64,000 nucleotides of DNA from a virus. Position 1 is the first letter of the stretch; each line of letters begins with the position of its first letter. The translations under genes were made by a program, and so were the position numbers. The notes beneath the pieces are model-generated. The model was given only the letters and a program-made list of their open reading frames with translations. It did no database searches and was not told the origin of the DNA. Below are positions 17,231 through 26,942 of this stretch, in pieces. The stretch lies in the IMG/VR virus record IMGVR_UViG_3300010885_011653, positions 1 to 64,000 of that record; one strand, 5' to 3'.

Positions 17231-18320
17231 TATAGAATTCTTTGGATTAAAAAAACAGTATCTTGTATTACGAGATGAACTGTTAGATGCCACTGACCGC
17301 GTGTACCGTTCGGGACAAGTATTAGACGGTGTGTATACTCGAGAGTTTGAACTTCAAATAGCAAAACGTTGTCAACGTCAGTATGCTGTAGCAGTAAACT
17401 CTGGCACACAGGCTCTTATATTTGCACAACAGGCTCTGGGATTGGAAGATCAAAAGATTATGATTCCCGGTGTTAGTTTTGTTGCTACCATTAATAGTGT
17501 ATTGATGGCTAAAAATAAACCTGTGTTTTGCGACGTAGACGAACGTGTGTTACTAGACATAGACAGTATCGACTATGCTATGAATGGAAACATTGCGGCA
17601 ATCATGTACGTTAACTTGTTTGGCAATATCTTAGACTACTATAAGTTACAAAACATTGCCAAATTCTTCAATGACGATATACAAATCATTGAGGATGCCG
17701 CACAATCGTTTGGTGCTACATACCAAGGAGTGCCCAGTGGAAAGCTGGGCGATATCAGTGTATTAAGTTTTGACCCTACAAAGAATCTAAGCAATTACGG
17801 ATCCGGCGGCATGGTCTTAACAGATGATCTTCATGCCGCGGCATTGGTATTAGATTTGCGTAACAATGGCAAAGAATACAATCACGACTACCCAGGTACT
17901 AACAGCAAAATGTCAGAAGCAGACTGTGCCCAGATGTTAGTCAAGTTAAAGTACTTCGATCAATGGCAACAACGTCGCACAGAAATTGCCAATTTTTATG
18001 TTGAAGAACTAATTGATTATTTTGATATACCATTGCCGGGGCAAGATGTAGAACATTCATGGCATAAGTTTGTTATACGCTTGACTGAGCGTCATGGATT
18101 ACAAACACACTTACAAAGCAAGGGCATTGAAACAAGGATACACTATAACAAAGCCCTGTTTGAACACGCTGTAGGTTGGGATCACATAGATTACGCCACT
18201 GATTCTATGCGTGGCTCAAGTGCTTTTACTAGAGAGTGTTTGAGTTTACCTATCTACCCTGAACTAACAGACAGCGAAGTAGAACATGTAGTAGAATCTA
18301 TTGTTGCGTACTTGCATTAA
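17217..18320 (+). CDS. DegT/DnrJ/EryC1/StrS PLP-dependent sugar aminotransferase
   Basis: NSGTQAL, SFVAT, IEDAAQSFG, SFDPTKNL..GSGG, LSLPIYP. Confidence 0.9.
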   Translation: MTKFDIEFFGLKKQYLVLRDELLDATDRVYRSGQVLDGVYTREFELQIAKRCQRQYAVAVNSGTQALIFAQQALGLEDQKIMIPGVSFVATINSVLMAKNKPVFCDVDERVLLDIDSIDYAMNGNIAAIMYVNLFGNILDYYKLQNIAKFFNDDIQIIEDAAQSFGATYQGVPSGKLGDISVLSFDPTKNLSNYGSGGMVLTDDLHAAALVLDLRNNGKEYNHDYPGTNSKMSEADCAQMLVKLKYFDQWQQRRTEIANFYVEELIDYFDIPLPGQDVEHSWHKFVIRLTERHGLQTHLQSKGIETRIHYNKALFEHAVGWDHIDYATDSMRGSSAFTRECLSLPIYPELTDSEVEHVVESIVAYLH

Positions 18321-20724
18321 ATCTTTCGCGCAACCAGGCCCACTCAAAGCTGAGTTTTAACTTTTCGTAGTCTCCCCCAACTTCATTATAATAGGCCACA
18401 GCATCTTTGGCTCCGGCTAAACAATCATCGGCATAGTTGCCTTCTGCTTTTGTACACCAGACATTGAGTCTATGTTCAGTTTCTACAGTAGGCTCGGTAG
18501 ACATAAAATATTTTAGTTTAACCACTTCGCGGAATGCTGTACGCCATGTCATCCAGGCATCTTGATTAAAATGTGCTATGCCGGACAGTATAGGCACCGA
18601 CTCATGCGGCTGTGTCAGGGTAAAGTCAATGCCAGGCGTGTTGTTGGCCAGCACTAAATTCTTGTTGTAAGCAATCATACCCTGGTGTCCGTACTCTAAT
18701 CCATTTACAGGATTAAGTGCATTAAAGATATAGTGTTTAGGTTCTTGAAAATAGTCCGGCATCCAAAACCAATCAAATGTCCCGCCCAGAACTTCTAGTT
18801 TAGCAAACACAGCAAAGAACCAAGGAGTTTCACTTTGACGTGCGGCTTCTTGATAAGCGGCAACTCGTCCATTTATTCCACGTACCCATTTTACATCATT
18901 GTTGCTCATATAGCAAGTATGCTCATACCATTTTTGCTCGTCTGGTTCTCCATTACTAATGAATACTATGTCCAACTGTGGGAATCTACCGGCGGATAAG
19001 TAGTCGTTAACTTGGTAATTCGACACCTCAATGTAAGGATAATCGTATATTTGTGTACGCAAATTGGCCTTGATATCTCGGGGTACTATCGCAGTAGCAC
19101 CTGCACGACTACAACGCATTACAACTCGGTCTTTTGGACTCCATAAGCAAGGGGCAATGCCTATGTGTAAATCTGGTTGGTTAGTAAATAGCACGTAAGG
19201 AGTTTCAAAATTGTAGTTTTTAATTTCAGTCACTAGGTCATCTGTATAATAACGATGTCTTGGTATGGGCTTTCTATGTACTGATTGGTCGTCGCAGTAG
19301 TTGATAACATTAAACCAATCTAGTAATTCCAAATCAATCATTTGCTGTTTGAACGATTCTACATGTATACGGAACGTGTCTCCACGGTCTTGCCTATCAC
19401 TTGGGAATACGTGAATCATTTCACTTTGCCACGGCTCAGGTTCCCAGGTAAAATCAAATAACGAATACTCACAGATGCTGTTAATAATCCATACGTATTC
19501 CGTGGTAGCAGTAGACATAATACGTTTAAAGGTATCTAGATAGTTGTGTACAAAACGTGTCTTGACAATGTCTGTGAGTAATCGTTCGCGTAATGCAGTA
19601 TACTGTTCTTGGCTACCTGGATTGCCATGATCAACATAGTAAATGTTATAGGTATTGTCTGGCTTGACGACTGTTTGATTGGCGACAAAGTTTAAGTTAG
19701 GAAACTCTTCTAAATTCTTGGCCCAAACTTCGTGTCGTTCAAATTCCCACTTGTTAATTAAGAATGTATCAGACCATTTTTGATGTTGGCTAGGGAATAC
19801 ATGTGTCATGCCTTGTTGCCATGGCTCTGGTTGCCAGCTAAAGTCAAAGCCAGTATAGTCGTACTCACTGCTGATGACCCAGAAACGATTAGTTTTGGTT
19901 TTAGTAGTACATCTGTGTATAGTGTCTAACAAGCTGTTGATGTAGCGTACTTTGACTACGGCAGGATACACAGCCTGTAGTTTTTCAAAACGTGTTTGTG
20001 CTGTGTCGTTACCCTTGTCCAGGAAGAATATATCTAATGTACCTAGTTCAGCACGTAAGTCTTGTATAAATTTGCGCTCAGTTGCGCCAGGCACATGATA
20101 CTCTACACTAGCACTACGCTCACCTGCCCAGTGTTGATTACCAAATACATATATGTACGGTGGGTCGTGTGGGTCGGGCACCCACGAGTAATCCCACTCG
20201 CAGTCTATTAGAGTATGCCAATGGTTATCATGTCGTTCAGGTAGTGTAGCACGTGGATAGTCTAAGTACTTGCGTTCTCGAGCACCTGGTGCGTGATATT
20301 CTACTGTGGGCATACGCTCACCAGGATACCACTGATTACCAAACACATATATGTAAGGTGGGTCCAGCGGGTGCGGTTCCCAAGACCAATCAAATTCTAC
20401 ATCACGTAAAACTTTAAACTTATTTTTGTTGGGTTTTACTGGAACCATTTGCTCGTGAAAATGATATTCATCATTGGCTACAGTATCTGGATGTGCTAGA
20501 TATGTACCGCCATATTGGTACCATTGATTGGGCCACGAGTGCGTGTATTGACTTTGCCAGGGTAATGCTTTATAATCAAAATCAAAGTTTGAGTAATCAT
20601 TGCCCCCATAAATATACCAGTAGTAGCCAGTTCTAGTTAATGCCGCGGCAGCTTCTAAGCTGTCAGCAGGTTGCTCAAATTCAAATAGATTAGGCTTAGG
20701 CCCATAATAGAAAACATCAAACAT
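18298..20724 (-). CDS. multi-repeat glycosyltransferase-like protein
   Basis: C-terminal domain (LDIVFISNGEP...GRVAAYQEAARQSETPWFF...NPVNGLEYG...WRTAFREVVKL) is paralogous to 36153-37046; several degenerate upstream copies. Confidence 0.6.
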   Translation of the reverse strand: MFDVFYYGPKPNLFEFEQPADSLEAAAALTRTGYYWYIYGGNDYSNFDFDYKALPWQSQYTHSWPNQWYQYGGTYLAHPDTVANDEYHFHEQMVPVKPNKNKFKVLRDVEFDWSWEPHPLDPPYIYVFGNQWYPGERMPTVEYHAPGARERKYLDYPRATLPERHDNHWHTLIDCEWDYSWVPDPHDPPYIYVFGNQHWAGERSASVEYHVPGATERKFIQDLRAELGTLDIFFLDKGNDTAQTRFEKLQAVYPAVVKVRYINSLLDTIHRCTTKTKTNRFWVISSEYDYTGFDFSWQPEPWQQGMTHVFPSQHQKWSDTFLINKWEFERHEVWAKNLEEFPNLNFVANQTVVKPDNTYNIYYVDHGNPGSQEQYTALRERLLTDIVKTRFVHNYLDTFKRIMSTATTEYVWIINSICEYSLFDFTWEPEPWQSEMIHVFPSDRQDRGDTFRIHVESFKQQMIDLELLDWFNVINYCDDQSVHRKPIPRHRYYTDDLVTEIKNYNFETPYVLFTNQPDLHIGIAPCLWSPKDRVVMRCSRAGATAIVPRDIKANLRTQIYDYPYIEVSNYQVNDYLSAGRFPQLDIVFISNGEPDEQKWYEHTCYMSNNDVKWVRGINGRVAAYQEAARQSETPWFFAVFAKLEVLGGTFDWFWMPDYFQEPKHYIFNALNPVNGLEYGHQGMIAYNKNLVLANNTPGIDFTLTQPHESVPILSGIAHFNQDAWMTWRTAFREVVKLKYFMSTEPTVETEHRLNVWCTKAEGNYADDCLAGAKDAVAYYNEVGGDYEKLKLSFEWAWLRERFNASTQQ
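20075..20400 (-). repeat. 66-aa (198-bp) tandem repeat inside the 808-aa protein
   Basis: W.P.P.DPPYIYVFGNQ...GER...VEYH.PGA.ERK occurs twice at 198-bp spacing. Confidence 0.8.
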
Positions 20725-21937
20725 GTATAATATTGCTCATCATTATAATAACGTATACTCGTATCTAAAAGACATTATAGCAGATGCCAGGGTACTTTAC
20801 CTACATCCTTTTGGATCAACTCAACCAGAAAACATAGAAATTATCAGGAATGATATTGATCCTCCCAATCGTCGCGGTCCATTGTTTATATTTTATGATC
20901 AAGAGCCACTGCATTCAACATACAACCAAGAACTGTTTGCTTACATTAAACACAATACTGTGGGACCACATATATTAGTTAGCACCGAACGTGACAGCAA
21001 AGAAAAAGATATCATATGCGAACGTTTTGGTTTTGCACACATGGATTACTTCTTTCATATCTTTGCCGCAAGCGACTGGTACCGCGGGTGTGAGTTTGAT
21101 CCTAACATTATACCGGTAGCTGAAAGACAACTCAAAAGCATTTATATTACCCTTAATCGATTAACCAGCAATGAGCGAGTATATCGCAGTTTGTTTATTA
21201 ACGAACTGTACAAAAACGATCTACTTGACTTTGGCTATGTTAGTTACAGCAAAGATTGCCCCGACGGCGGCATGTATGATGAAAATCTACGCAAGGGCAT
21301 TGACAATTTAAATCTAGACCCGGCATTAGTTGAAGAAGCTATTACCAACATTGCCGCAATGCCAGACCTGCGTATTGACTTTGAGGGTGAAGCTATACCT
21401 AATCAAAGTATGTTGTTGACTCCCACTAAAGAATTAATGAGTAGCTTTTTGTTTGTAGTAACAGAAACTTGTTACTGGCAAAAGAAAACACACCTCACTG
21501 AAAAAATCTTTAAGCCTATTGCACTCAGGATGCCATTCATCCTGTTAGGATGTCAGGGCAATTTACAATACCTACGTGACTATGGATTTATTACTTTTGG
21601 CGATTTCTGGGACGAAGGATATGATGCTATTAGCGATCCTATTGAGCGTATGCGGGCTGTGACAGAAATTTTAAATAAACTTAAAGCACTAAGTGAAGAA
21701 GACCTAATGCACATGCTGTTAAGTATGCAACCTATATTAGATCATAACTATAAGTTGTTTACTTCAGGAACAGTACTGCGTCGAGAATGGCAACACTTGA
21801 TCAAAGGATTTCACGACATCAGTCGGTTCTATGAGTTTGACAAGCCGCACTCAGTAGACTTGAATACCAGACAAGCTATTCCTGTCGCCCCCAGCCAATG
21901 CGGTTCCATACACGCTCATGGAACCAAAATAAAATAA
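20723..21937 (+). CDS. putative glycosyltransferase (GT10/fucosyltransferase-like C-terminal motif)
   Basis: FLFVVTET...HLTEKIFKPI...PFILLG....L..LR.YGF.TF; inverted relative to its neighbours. Confidence 0.55.
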   Translation: MYNIAHHYNNVYSYLKDIIADARVLYLHPFGSTQPENIEIIRNDIDPPNRRGPLFIFYDQEPLHSTYNQELFAYIKHNTVGPHILVSTERDSKEKDIICERFGFAHMDYFFHIFAASDWYRGCEFDPNIIPVAERQLKSIYITLNRLTSNERVYRSLFINELYKNDLLDFGYVSYSKDCPDGGMYDENLRKGIDNLNLDPALVEEAITNIAAMPDLRIDFEGEAIPNQSMLLTPTKELMSSFLFVVTETCYWQKKTHLTEKIFKPIALRMPFILLGCQGNLQYLRDYGFITFGDFWDEGYDAISDPIERMRAVTEILNKLKALSEEDLMHMLLSMQPILDHNYKLFTSGTVLRREWQHLIKGFHDISRFYEFDKPHSVDLNTRQAIPVAPSQCGSIHAHGTKIK

Positions 21938-22082
21938 TCTTTGTAAGAACTTCTACTGCTGAAATACTTAAGGCAATAACAGGTTGCCCTGTTATTAGCC
22001 AAGCTATTAAAAACGTATCTACAGTACCAGTTACTCGCCAACTAACTGCTTTGGCAAAACTCCGAACTGGTGTATCACTCAT
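21876..22082 (-). CDS. DUF2061 small membrane protein
   Basis: RSFAKAVSWRVTGT.DT...E..TKI.LFWFHERVW..I.WG. Confidence 0.8.
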   Translation of the reverse strand: MSDTPVRSFAKAVSWRVTGTVDTFLIAWLITGQPVIALSISAVEVLTKIILFWFHERVWNRIGWGRQE

Positions 22083-22912
22083 CTCAATCCCATTTCTTCA
22101 CGAATTTTTGTAGCACTGATGTCTGTAATTGACTCATCAAACGTTTCTTCTCCTGATGTATAGCCAACGCCACGACCCCATCCAATGTGTACAATGTTAG
22201 GTACTACTTGTATATCGTACTGGCCTTGATATAAAGGATCAAGGTCACGTCTAATAAAGCCTTTGACTTTTTCTACTTCAAAAGGGTTTGAGCCTTGCCA
22301 TCCTTGTACATCACGCACTTGAATAATAACTTGTCCTGTCTTTTCTAATAGGCGTTCAAACAGCGCACGATGTCCTTTGTGCCACGGTTGCCAACGTCCT
22401 AGCATTTGCACAGTTTCTTTACGCCAGTCAAATTGCGGACGACGTTGCTGTTTAACAATACGTTTGCCCACATAAGAAGCCCACTTGTCTGCATCTTGTT
22501 CTGTAATACGAAAGTCGTAGTGGTCAGGTGGAATGAATGCTTTATTGGTATCTTCAAAGCGTCCGCTATCAATTGTATCCATCCAGATAGTCCAGTCTGC
22601 TTTAAAGTTATTACGCATTTCAACCAATGGACACACAAAGTCACAAATAACATAATCGCCCTGCGCTTCCATACTAAACTGAAACATACGAATACTTTGA
22701 CGTATGCGTCCTTCATTGCTAAAATCCCAATCGTTATACTTGCGGCGAATGTCGTCGGCATTAAACCAAGTTACTTCGCAATTTAAGTTAGTGTCCTGCA
22801 TCAATGCACGACTATAACTCATTTCGCCATGTGCTTCTAAATACTCTTTTAGTTTGCCGGCAAAGGTTGTTTTGCCTGATCCAGGTAATCCCATTATTAA
22901 TATACGTGACAT
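22079..22912 (-). CDS. APS-kinase (CysC)-like P-loop kinase fused to a HIGH-type nucleotidyltransferase domain
   Basis: GLPGSGKTT, NADDIR, DFS.EGR..Q, then LGRWQPWHKGH and ISATKIR. Confidence 0.75.
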   Translation of the reverse strand: MSRILIMGLPGSGKTTFAGKLKEYLEAHGEMSYSRALMQDTNLNCEVTWFNADDIRRKYNDWDFSNEGRIRQSIRMFQFSMEAQGDYVICDFVCPLVEMRNNFKADWTIWMDTIDSGRFEDTNKAFIPPDHYDFRITEQDADKWASYVGKRIVKQQRRPQFDWRKETVQMLGRWQPWHKGHRALFERLLEKTGQVIIQVRDVQGWQGSNPFEVEKVKGFIRRDLDPLYQGQYDIQVVPNIVHIGWGRGVGYTSGEETFDESITDISATKIREEMGLR

Positions 22913-22922
22913 GTTTATCTCC

Positions 22923-24167
22923 TTATGTCCACTCTTGATCTAACCAAGGAAATGTTTCCTTCCAGTTAGTATTTCTACGCCTATCTAATTCAGTTAGATA
23001 AACTTTTAAATCATTAATACGTTTTACATCTCTTGTTTTACTGTTAATTTGTTTAAATACACCCGCTAAGTGTTCTCTGCTACTATCCCGGGGCATAAGT
23101 TCTAACACCTGTTCAAACTCTTGATCAAATGCACCTGGTCCAAATATGTCTGGCATCATTTGTACAGGTTGTACAGCACTCATAAAGCTGTACTGTATGG
23201 TTTTGTCTTTAGGGCGAACTTGATTCCAACGTACTAGATTTTCAATGAACTCAGGCATGGTCTTAATAGTTAATCCGGTAATAGTTGAATTAATAGATAA
23301 CTGTATCCAATCTTTAGTTAACATGTACTCAAAATTTTCTTGCCACTCTGTTAAATCTAATCCTTGCCTGACATATTCTTGTTCTTTGCCCCAGCAATCT
23401 AGACTGCACGACATCTGTAATTTTCTAATATGCTGATCAGCAACCATACGTTCAAAACGATCTATATACTTGCGAAACTTTTTAGGATTAACTTTTAAGT
23501 TAGTGACAATGTTAAATGTTAAATCAGGATTAGGGTGCGTATCCCAAAATTCTATACAGGTATCTAGTTCAGGTTGAAAGAAAGGTTCTCCACCCAACAC
23601 TTGAAAGTAACGTATATGGCGGCCTCGATCTTCTAGATACTTCCAGAAGTCTGCAAGCATACGTTCGTAATTGGGATTATTTTTAACAGGATAACCAAAC
23701 TTAACGTCTCCTTGATGAAACGCACCAAATCTTTTATTCTCTTCTTCCCACTTGGTGCTCAACCAACTGTTACAGTATACACAACTCATGTTACAAGTAT
23801 TATTAAAGTACACTTCTAGTATAGTGGGAGTTACTTCTATAGCAACGGGGTCAGTGCTTAACTCTGGTGGCGGCAATTCTCCTTCCCGGCCACTATTAAA
23901 CTGATACATACGATCGCTAGTGCCGCCTGCCGATTCAATACGCTGACAATATTGACAACCACCTTGCGGCCATTGTCCTCGCAACATAGTTCTACGTGCC
24001 TCTAGTTTACGTGGCAAGTTATGAAAGCCGGCAAAATTGTCAGGGTCTATAGGTAGTTGGTCACAACGATGACAACTACTAGTCACACCTTCTTTTAGAA
24101 AAACAGTTGACCACGACCATTTTAACAAACAGGCTGTGTCTGTTTTGATAGGAAATACTTTATTCAA
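22923..24167 (-). CDS. radical SAM protein with N-terminal Twitch-type domain (6 of 6)
   Basis: CLLKW...SSCHRC...GCQYC; CNMSCVYC; GGEPF; C-terminal D.RR.TNW..TFP. Confidence 0.85.
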   Translation of the reverse strand: MNKVFPIKTDTACLLKWSWSTVFLKEGVTSSCHRCDQLPIDPDNFAGFHNLPRKLEARRTMLRGQWPQGGCQYCQRIESAGGTSDRMYQFNSGREGELPPPELSTDPVAIEVTPTILEVYFNNTCNMSCVYCNSWLSTKWEEENKRFGAFHQGDVKFGYPVKNNPNYERMLADFWKYLEDRGRHIRYFQVLGGEPFFQPELDTCIEFWDTHPNPDLTFNIVTNLKVNPKKFRKYIDRFERMVADQHIRKLQMSCSLDCWGKEQEYVRQGLDLTEWQENFEYMLTKDWIQLSINSTITGLTIKTMPEFIENLVRWNQVRPKDKTIQYSFMSAVQPVQMMPDIFGPGAFDQEFEQVLELMPRDSSREHLAGVFKQINSKTRDVKRINDLKVYLTELDRRRNTNWKETFPWLDQEWT

Positions 24168-25651
24168 CTGTGTACCTTAACATTATATGCTTGTTCGAAT
24201 CTGTCAGCGTCTGCGCGAGTATTGACCATTGGCTCTCCACGAATGTTTAATGACGTATTAAGCAACATAGGACACCCAGTTATCACAAACCACTTTTCTA
24301 ATAGTTCACGGATTCCACTTCCGCAATCTTTTTTAACTGTCTGTACTCTACTACTGCCATCGATATGAGAAATAGCAGGGTATAGGTCAGGGTACCGGCA
24401 AATGCCGACAGATTGCATGTAAGGGCTAGTACCCCAACCACGAGGCATATGGAAGTATTGATCCACAAATTCCTCCAAGATAATAGGGGCAAAGGGGCGA
24501 AACTTCTGGCGTCTTTTAATGTCATTTACTCGATCCTTTATATCTGGTCCTCGCGGGTCTGCAAAGAGACTTCTATTTCCAAGGGCTCTAGGACCAAACT
24601 CTGCTCGTCCACTAGCAACTCCAACGATTTTATCTGAGAGTAAACTATCAAGGAGGGCATTGACGGGATACTGGCTGCTAATCTCGTGACCGAGATATGC
24701 ATTTGTGAAGTTGAGCTTTTTTCCGTAGGCCAATGCGGCAGCGCCAAGGCTACTACCAGCATCGCCAGGATTAGGCATGATCCAAATATTTTCAAAATAC
24801 TCACCAAGATTTCTATTAGCTAGACAGTTTAGGGCAACACCGCCCTGGTATACTAGATTTATGCTCCACCCAAAGTTTTTTGCGCGGCGCATTATATTAT
24901 ATATCAAATTTTCACAAAGTGTCTGTGCAGAACTGGCAATTTCCTCGTTGTGTGCAAAATGATAGAAAAAGTCCGGATCTAGTCCTGTGTGTAGATTTTG
25001 TTTAAATGTTACGTCCCATTCGTTATGTATTAAACCGTTCTTAAATGTATCAGCAAATCTGGGCTTACCATATGCGCTCATGCCCATTAGAATGTATTCG
25101 TCTTCGTTGGGTTTGAGTCCTACACGTTGAGTCATTGCACTATAAAATAGTCCGATACTGTGCGGATATTTTTGTCCCCACAATCGTTTGTACTTTGCCT
25201 GTCCATTATGATATTCTGCCGCCCATATACTGATAGTGTCCCATTCTCCTATAGCATCAATGACAACCACAGTAGCACGTTTAAATGGACTTGTTTGGAA
25301 TCCTGCGGCCGCATGTGATAAGTGATGACTGTAGTTGACTATACGGTCTGGCAACACACAAGGACCAAACTGTTGTTTAAGTATTTGCTTAACTGTAAGT
25401 TTATTCCACTCTATGCCTTGCCCTGAGTATAATTGTCGTAACTGTTTCTTCCAAGGTATTTCGTAGTAGGCAATTGTGTCAATCGTGCCGGCCGCTTGCC
25501 ATGCATCCATGAGTAAGTCAGGGTGCAAATTTGGGTCATTTTTAATCCTGCTGTAGCGTTCGCTATGCCCGGCGTATAAGATGTTACCATTACCGTCAAC
25601 TACTGCGGCAGCGGCATCATGGAAGCCAGCTGAAATGCCTAATATATTCAT
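24164..25651 (-). CDS. carbamoyltransferase (NodU/CmcH/TobZ family)
   Basis: GFHDAAA, ERYSRIK, HHLSHAA, DAIGE, GGVALNC, GDAGSSLG, EFGPRALGNRS, RPFAP, LLNTSLN..GEP. Confidence 0.93.
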   Translation of the reverse strand: MNILGISAGFHDAAAAVVDGNGNILYAGHSERYSRIKNDPNLHPDLLMDAWQAAGTIDTIAYYEIPWKKQLRQLYSGQGIEWNKLTVKQILKQQFGPCVLPDRIVNYSHHLSHAAAGFQTSPFKRATVVVIDAIGEWDTISIWAAEYHNGQAKYKRLWGQKYPHSIGLFYSAMTQRVGLKPNEDEYILMGMSAYGKPRFADTFKNGLIHNEWDVTFKQNLHTGLDPDFFYHFAHNEEIASSAQTLCENLIYNIMRRAKNFGWSINLVYQGGVALNCLANRNLGEYFENIWIMPNPGDAGSSLGAAALAYGKKLNFTNAYLGHEISSQYPVNALLDSLLSDKIVGVASGRAEFGPRALGNRSLFADPRGPDIKDRVNDIKRRQKFRPFAPIILEEFVDQYFHMPRGWGTSPYMQSVGICRYPDLYPAISHIDGSSRVQTVKKDCGSGIRELLEKWFVITGCPMLLNTSLNIRGEPMVNTRADADRFEQAYNVKVHS

Positions 25652-26303
25652 TGATGTTTTCTGCTATTTGTTGATGTCCTGCTTCGGTTGGATGGCCACC
25701 AGGAAGTTTTTGGTCAGAGGAAAAATAATAGCACATGGTCTTATACCCATTGGATCCATTAAGATTACTAGTTGGGTGTCCAATGAAATATCTAAAGTCT
25801 ACTTTGTCCCACAGATCCTGTGTATCTTCTGTTGGTGCCCAATCGTGCCATGTTACTAACATTAGATAGCGTTTACCTTGATTAGCTAGTAAATTTTGTG
25901 TTACGATAATATCTCTAATCCATTTACGCATACACCACAGATCAAAGTGTTCGTTGTGATCAAGCGTAAGTGCTTTGATTAGAGTTTCTTTATGTTTATT
26001 ATCAACGGCTTTTAAATTTCTACCAGGCCATACGTCGTATGGGGTACCGTTTAAAAATTCTATCCTATTAGGACTAGTCCAGGAAATAACTACTAACTCA
26101 GCGTCATCTTTAAAAGCTGTGTCAACTATTCTTTTAACCAATCTGGTATTGCCGCAGGCCCTACGACCCAAATTAGTAACAGGACGATTGGTTAATTGTC
26201 CTAGTTTACCGGGCCAAGCATTTGGACTTGGGTGTTGATTGTCCCACCCAGCATCTGTCAGCTCGTCACCGTAGGTAAAGCTGTCGCCTATACAGTATAT
26301 CAT
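25617..26303 (-). CDS. SGNH-like hydrolase/acyltransferase
   Basis: GDSFTYG, NLG...GN, C-terminal GHPTEAGHQQIA. Confidence 0.7.
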   Translation of the reverse strand: MIYCIGDSFTYGDELTDAGWDNQHPSPNAWPGKLGQLTNRPVTNLGRRACGNTRLVKRIVDTAFKDDAELVVISWTSPNRIEFLNGTPYDVWPGRNLKAVDNKHKETLIKALTLDHNEHFDLWCMRKWIRDIIVTQNLLANQGKRYLMLVTWHDWAPTEDTQDLWDKVDFRYFIGHPTSNLNGSNGYKTMCYYFSSDQKLPGGHPTEAGHQQIAENINEYIRHFSWLP

Positions 26304-26401
26304 TTGTAAATAAAAGGGTCTCGTTTTTTAAGTGCTCGCATCTTTCGGCGATAATGTATTTCCATTTTAATTCTGTTGTAAATGTTTTGTAACCATTTCA
26401 T
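26300..26401 (-). CDS. 33-aa basic microprotein ending KKRDPFIYK (not in ORF track)
   Basis: Manual translation MKWLQNIYNRIKMEIHYRRKMRALKKRDPFIYK; its stop overlaps the next ATG (ATGA). Confidence 0.75.
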   Translation of the reverse strand: MKWLQNIYNRIKMEIHYRRKMRALKKRDPFIYK

Positions 26402-26942
26402 TGAATTTTCCTTGTATAAGTTTTGCGGCATCAACATGTGCCTGTTCCAGTGGATGTTGATCTGGTCCACACGGATAATTGTTTTCTATTGCCCATTGAT
26501 AAAAACCTCTCGGCGTTTGTGTGTTCCACGCTTCTTCCGCGGGCGGAAACAAAAACCAATGGTCCCAATCTGTTGCATCATCTAACCATTCTAATAAACA
26601 GTTATCAGCACAGGTAAACAGGTATGGTATGTTACGTTCTTCCAGCCGTGTTTGTGTGTCTTGTATTACAACTCGACTAGTAAATGCGTTATGTCCTCTT
26701 AGAGGCCAAGTCCAACATGCTATTACAAACATTTCATCGTTGCTATTGTTAGCCATGTGTTTGGATAAAAAATGCATAATATTGTAGTTACATTCCCCAG
26801 GAGAGGCAAGACAATGATACTGATTATCTCCCGCTAACAATGCTGTAAAAGTCTTTCGGCTGTACCCGTTGGGGCCGCTGTGACGGCAATCAGCTAACTC
26901 ACTTCCCCAAACAAAACTATCACCCCCGGCTACTATAATCAT
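26367..26942 (-). CDS. SGNH-like hydrolase/acyltransferase
   Basis: GGDSFVWG, C-terminal QHPLEQAH. Confidence 0.65.
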   Translation of the reverse strand: MIIVAGGDSFVWGSELADCRHSGPNGYSRKTFTALLAGDNQYHCLASPGECNYNIMHFLSKHMANNSNDEMFVIACWTWPLRGHNAFTSRVVIQDTQTRLEERNIPYLFTCADNCLLEWLDDATDWDHWFLFPPAEEAWNTQTPRGFYQWAIENNYPCGPDQHPLEQAHVDAAKLIQGKFNEMVTKHLQQN

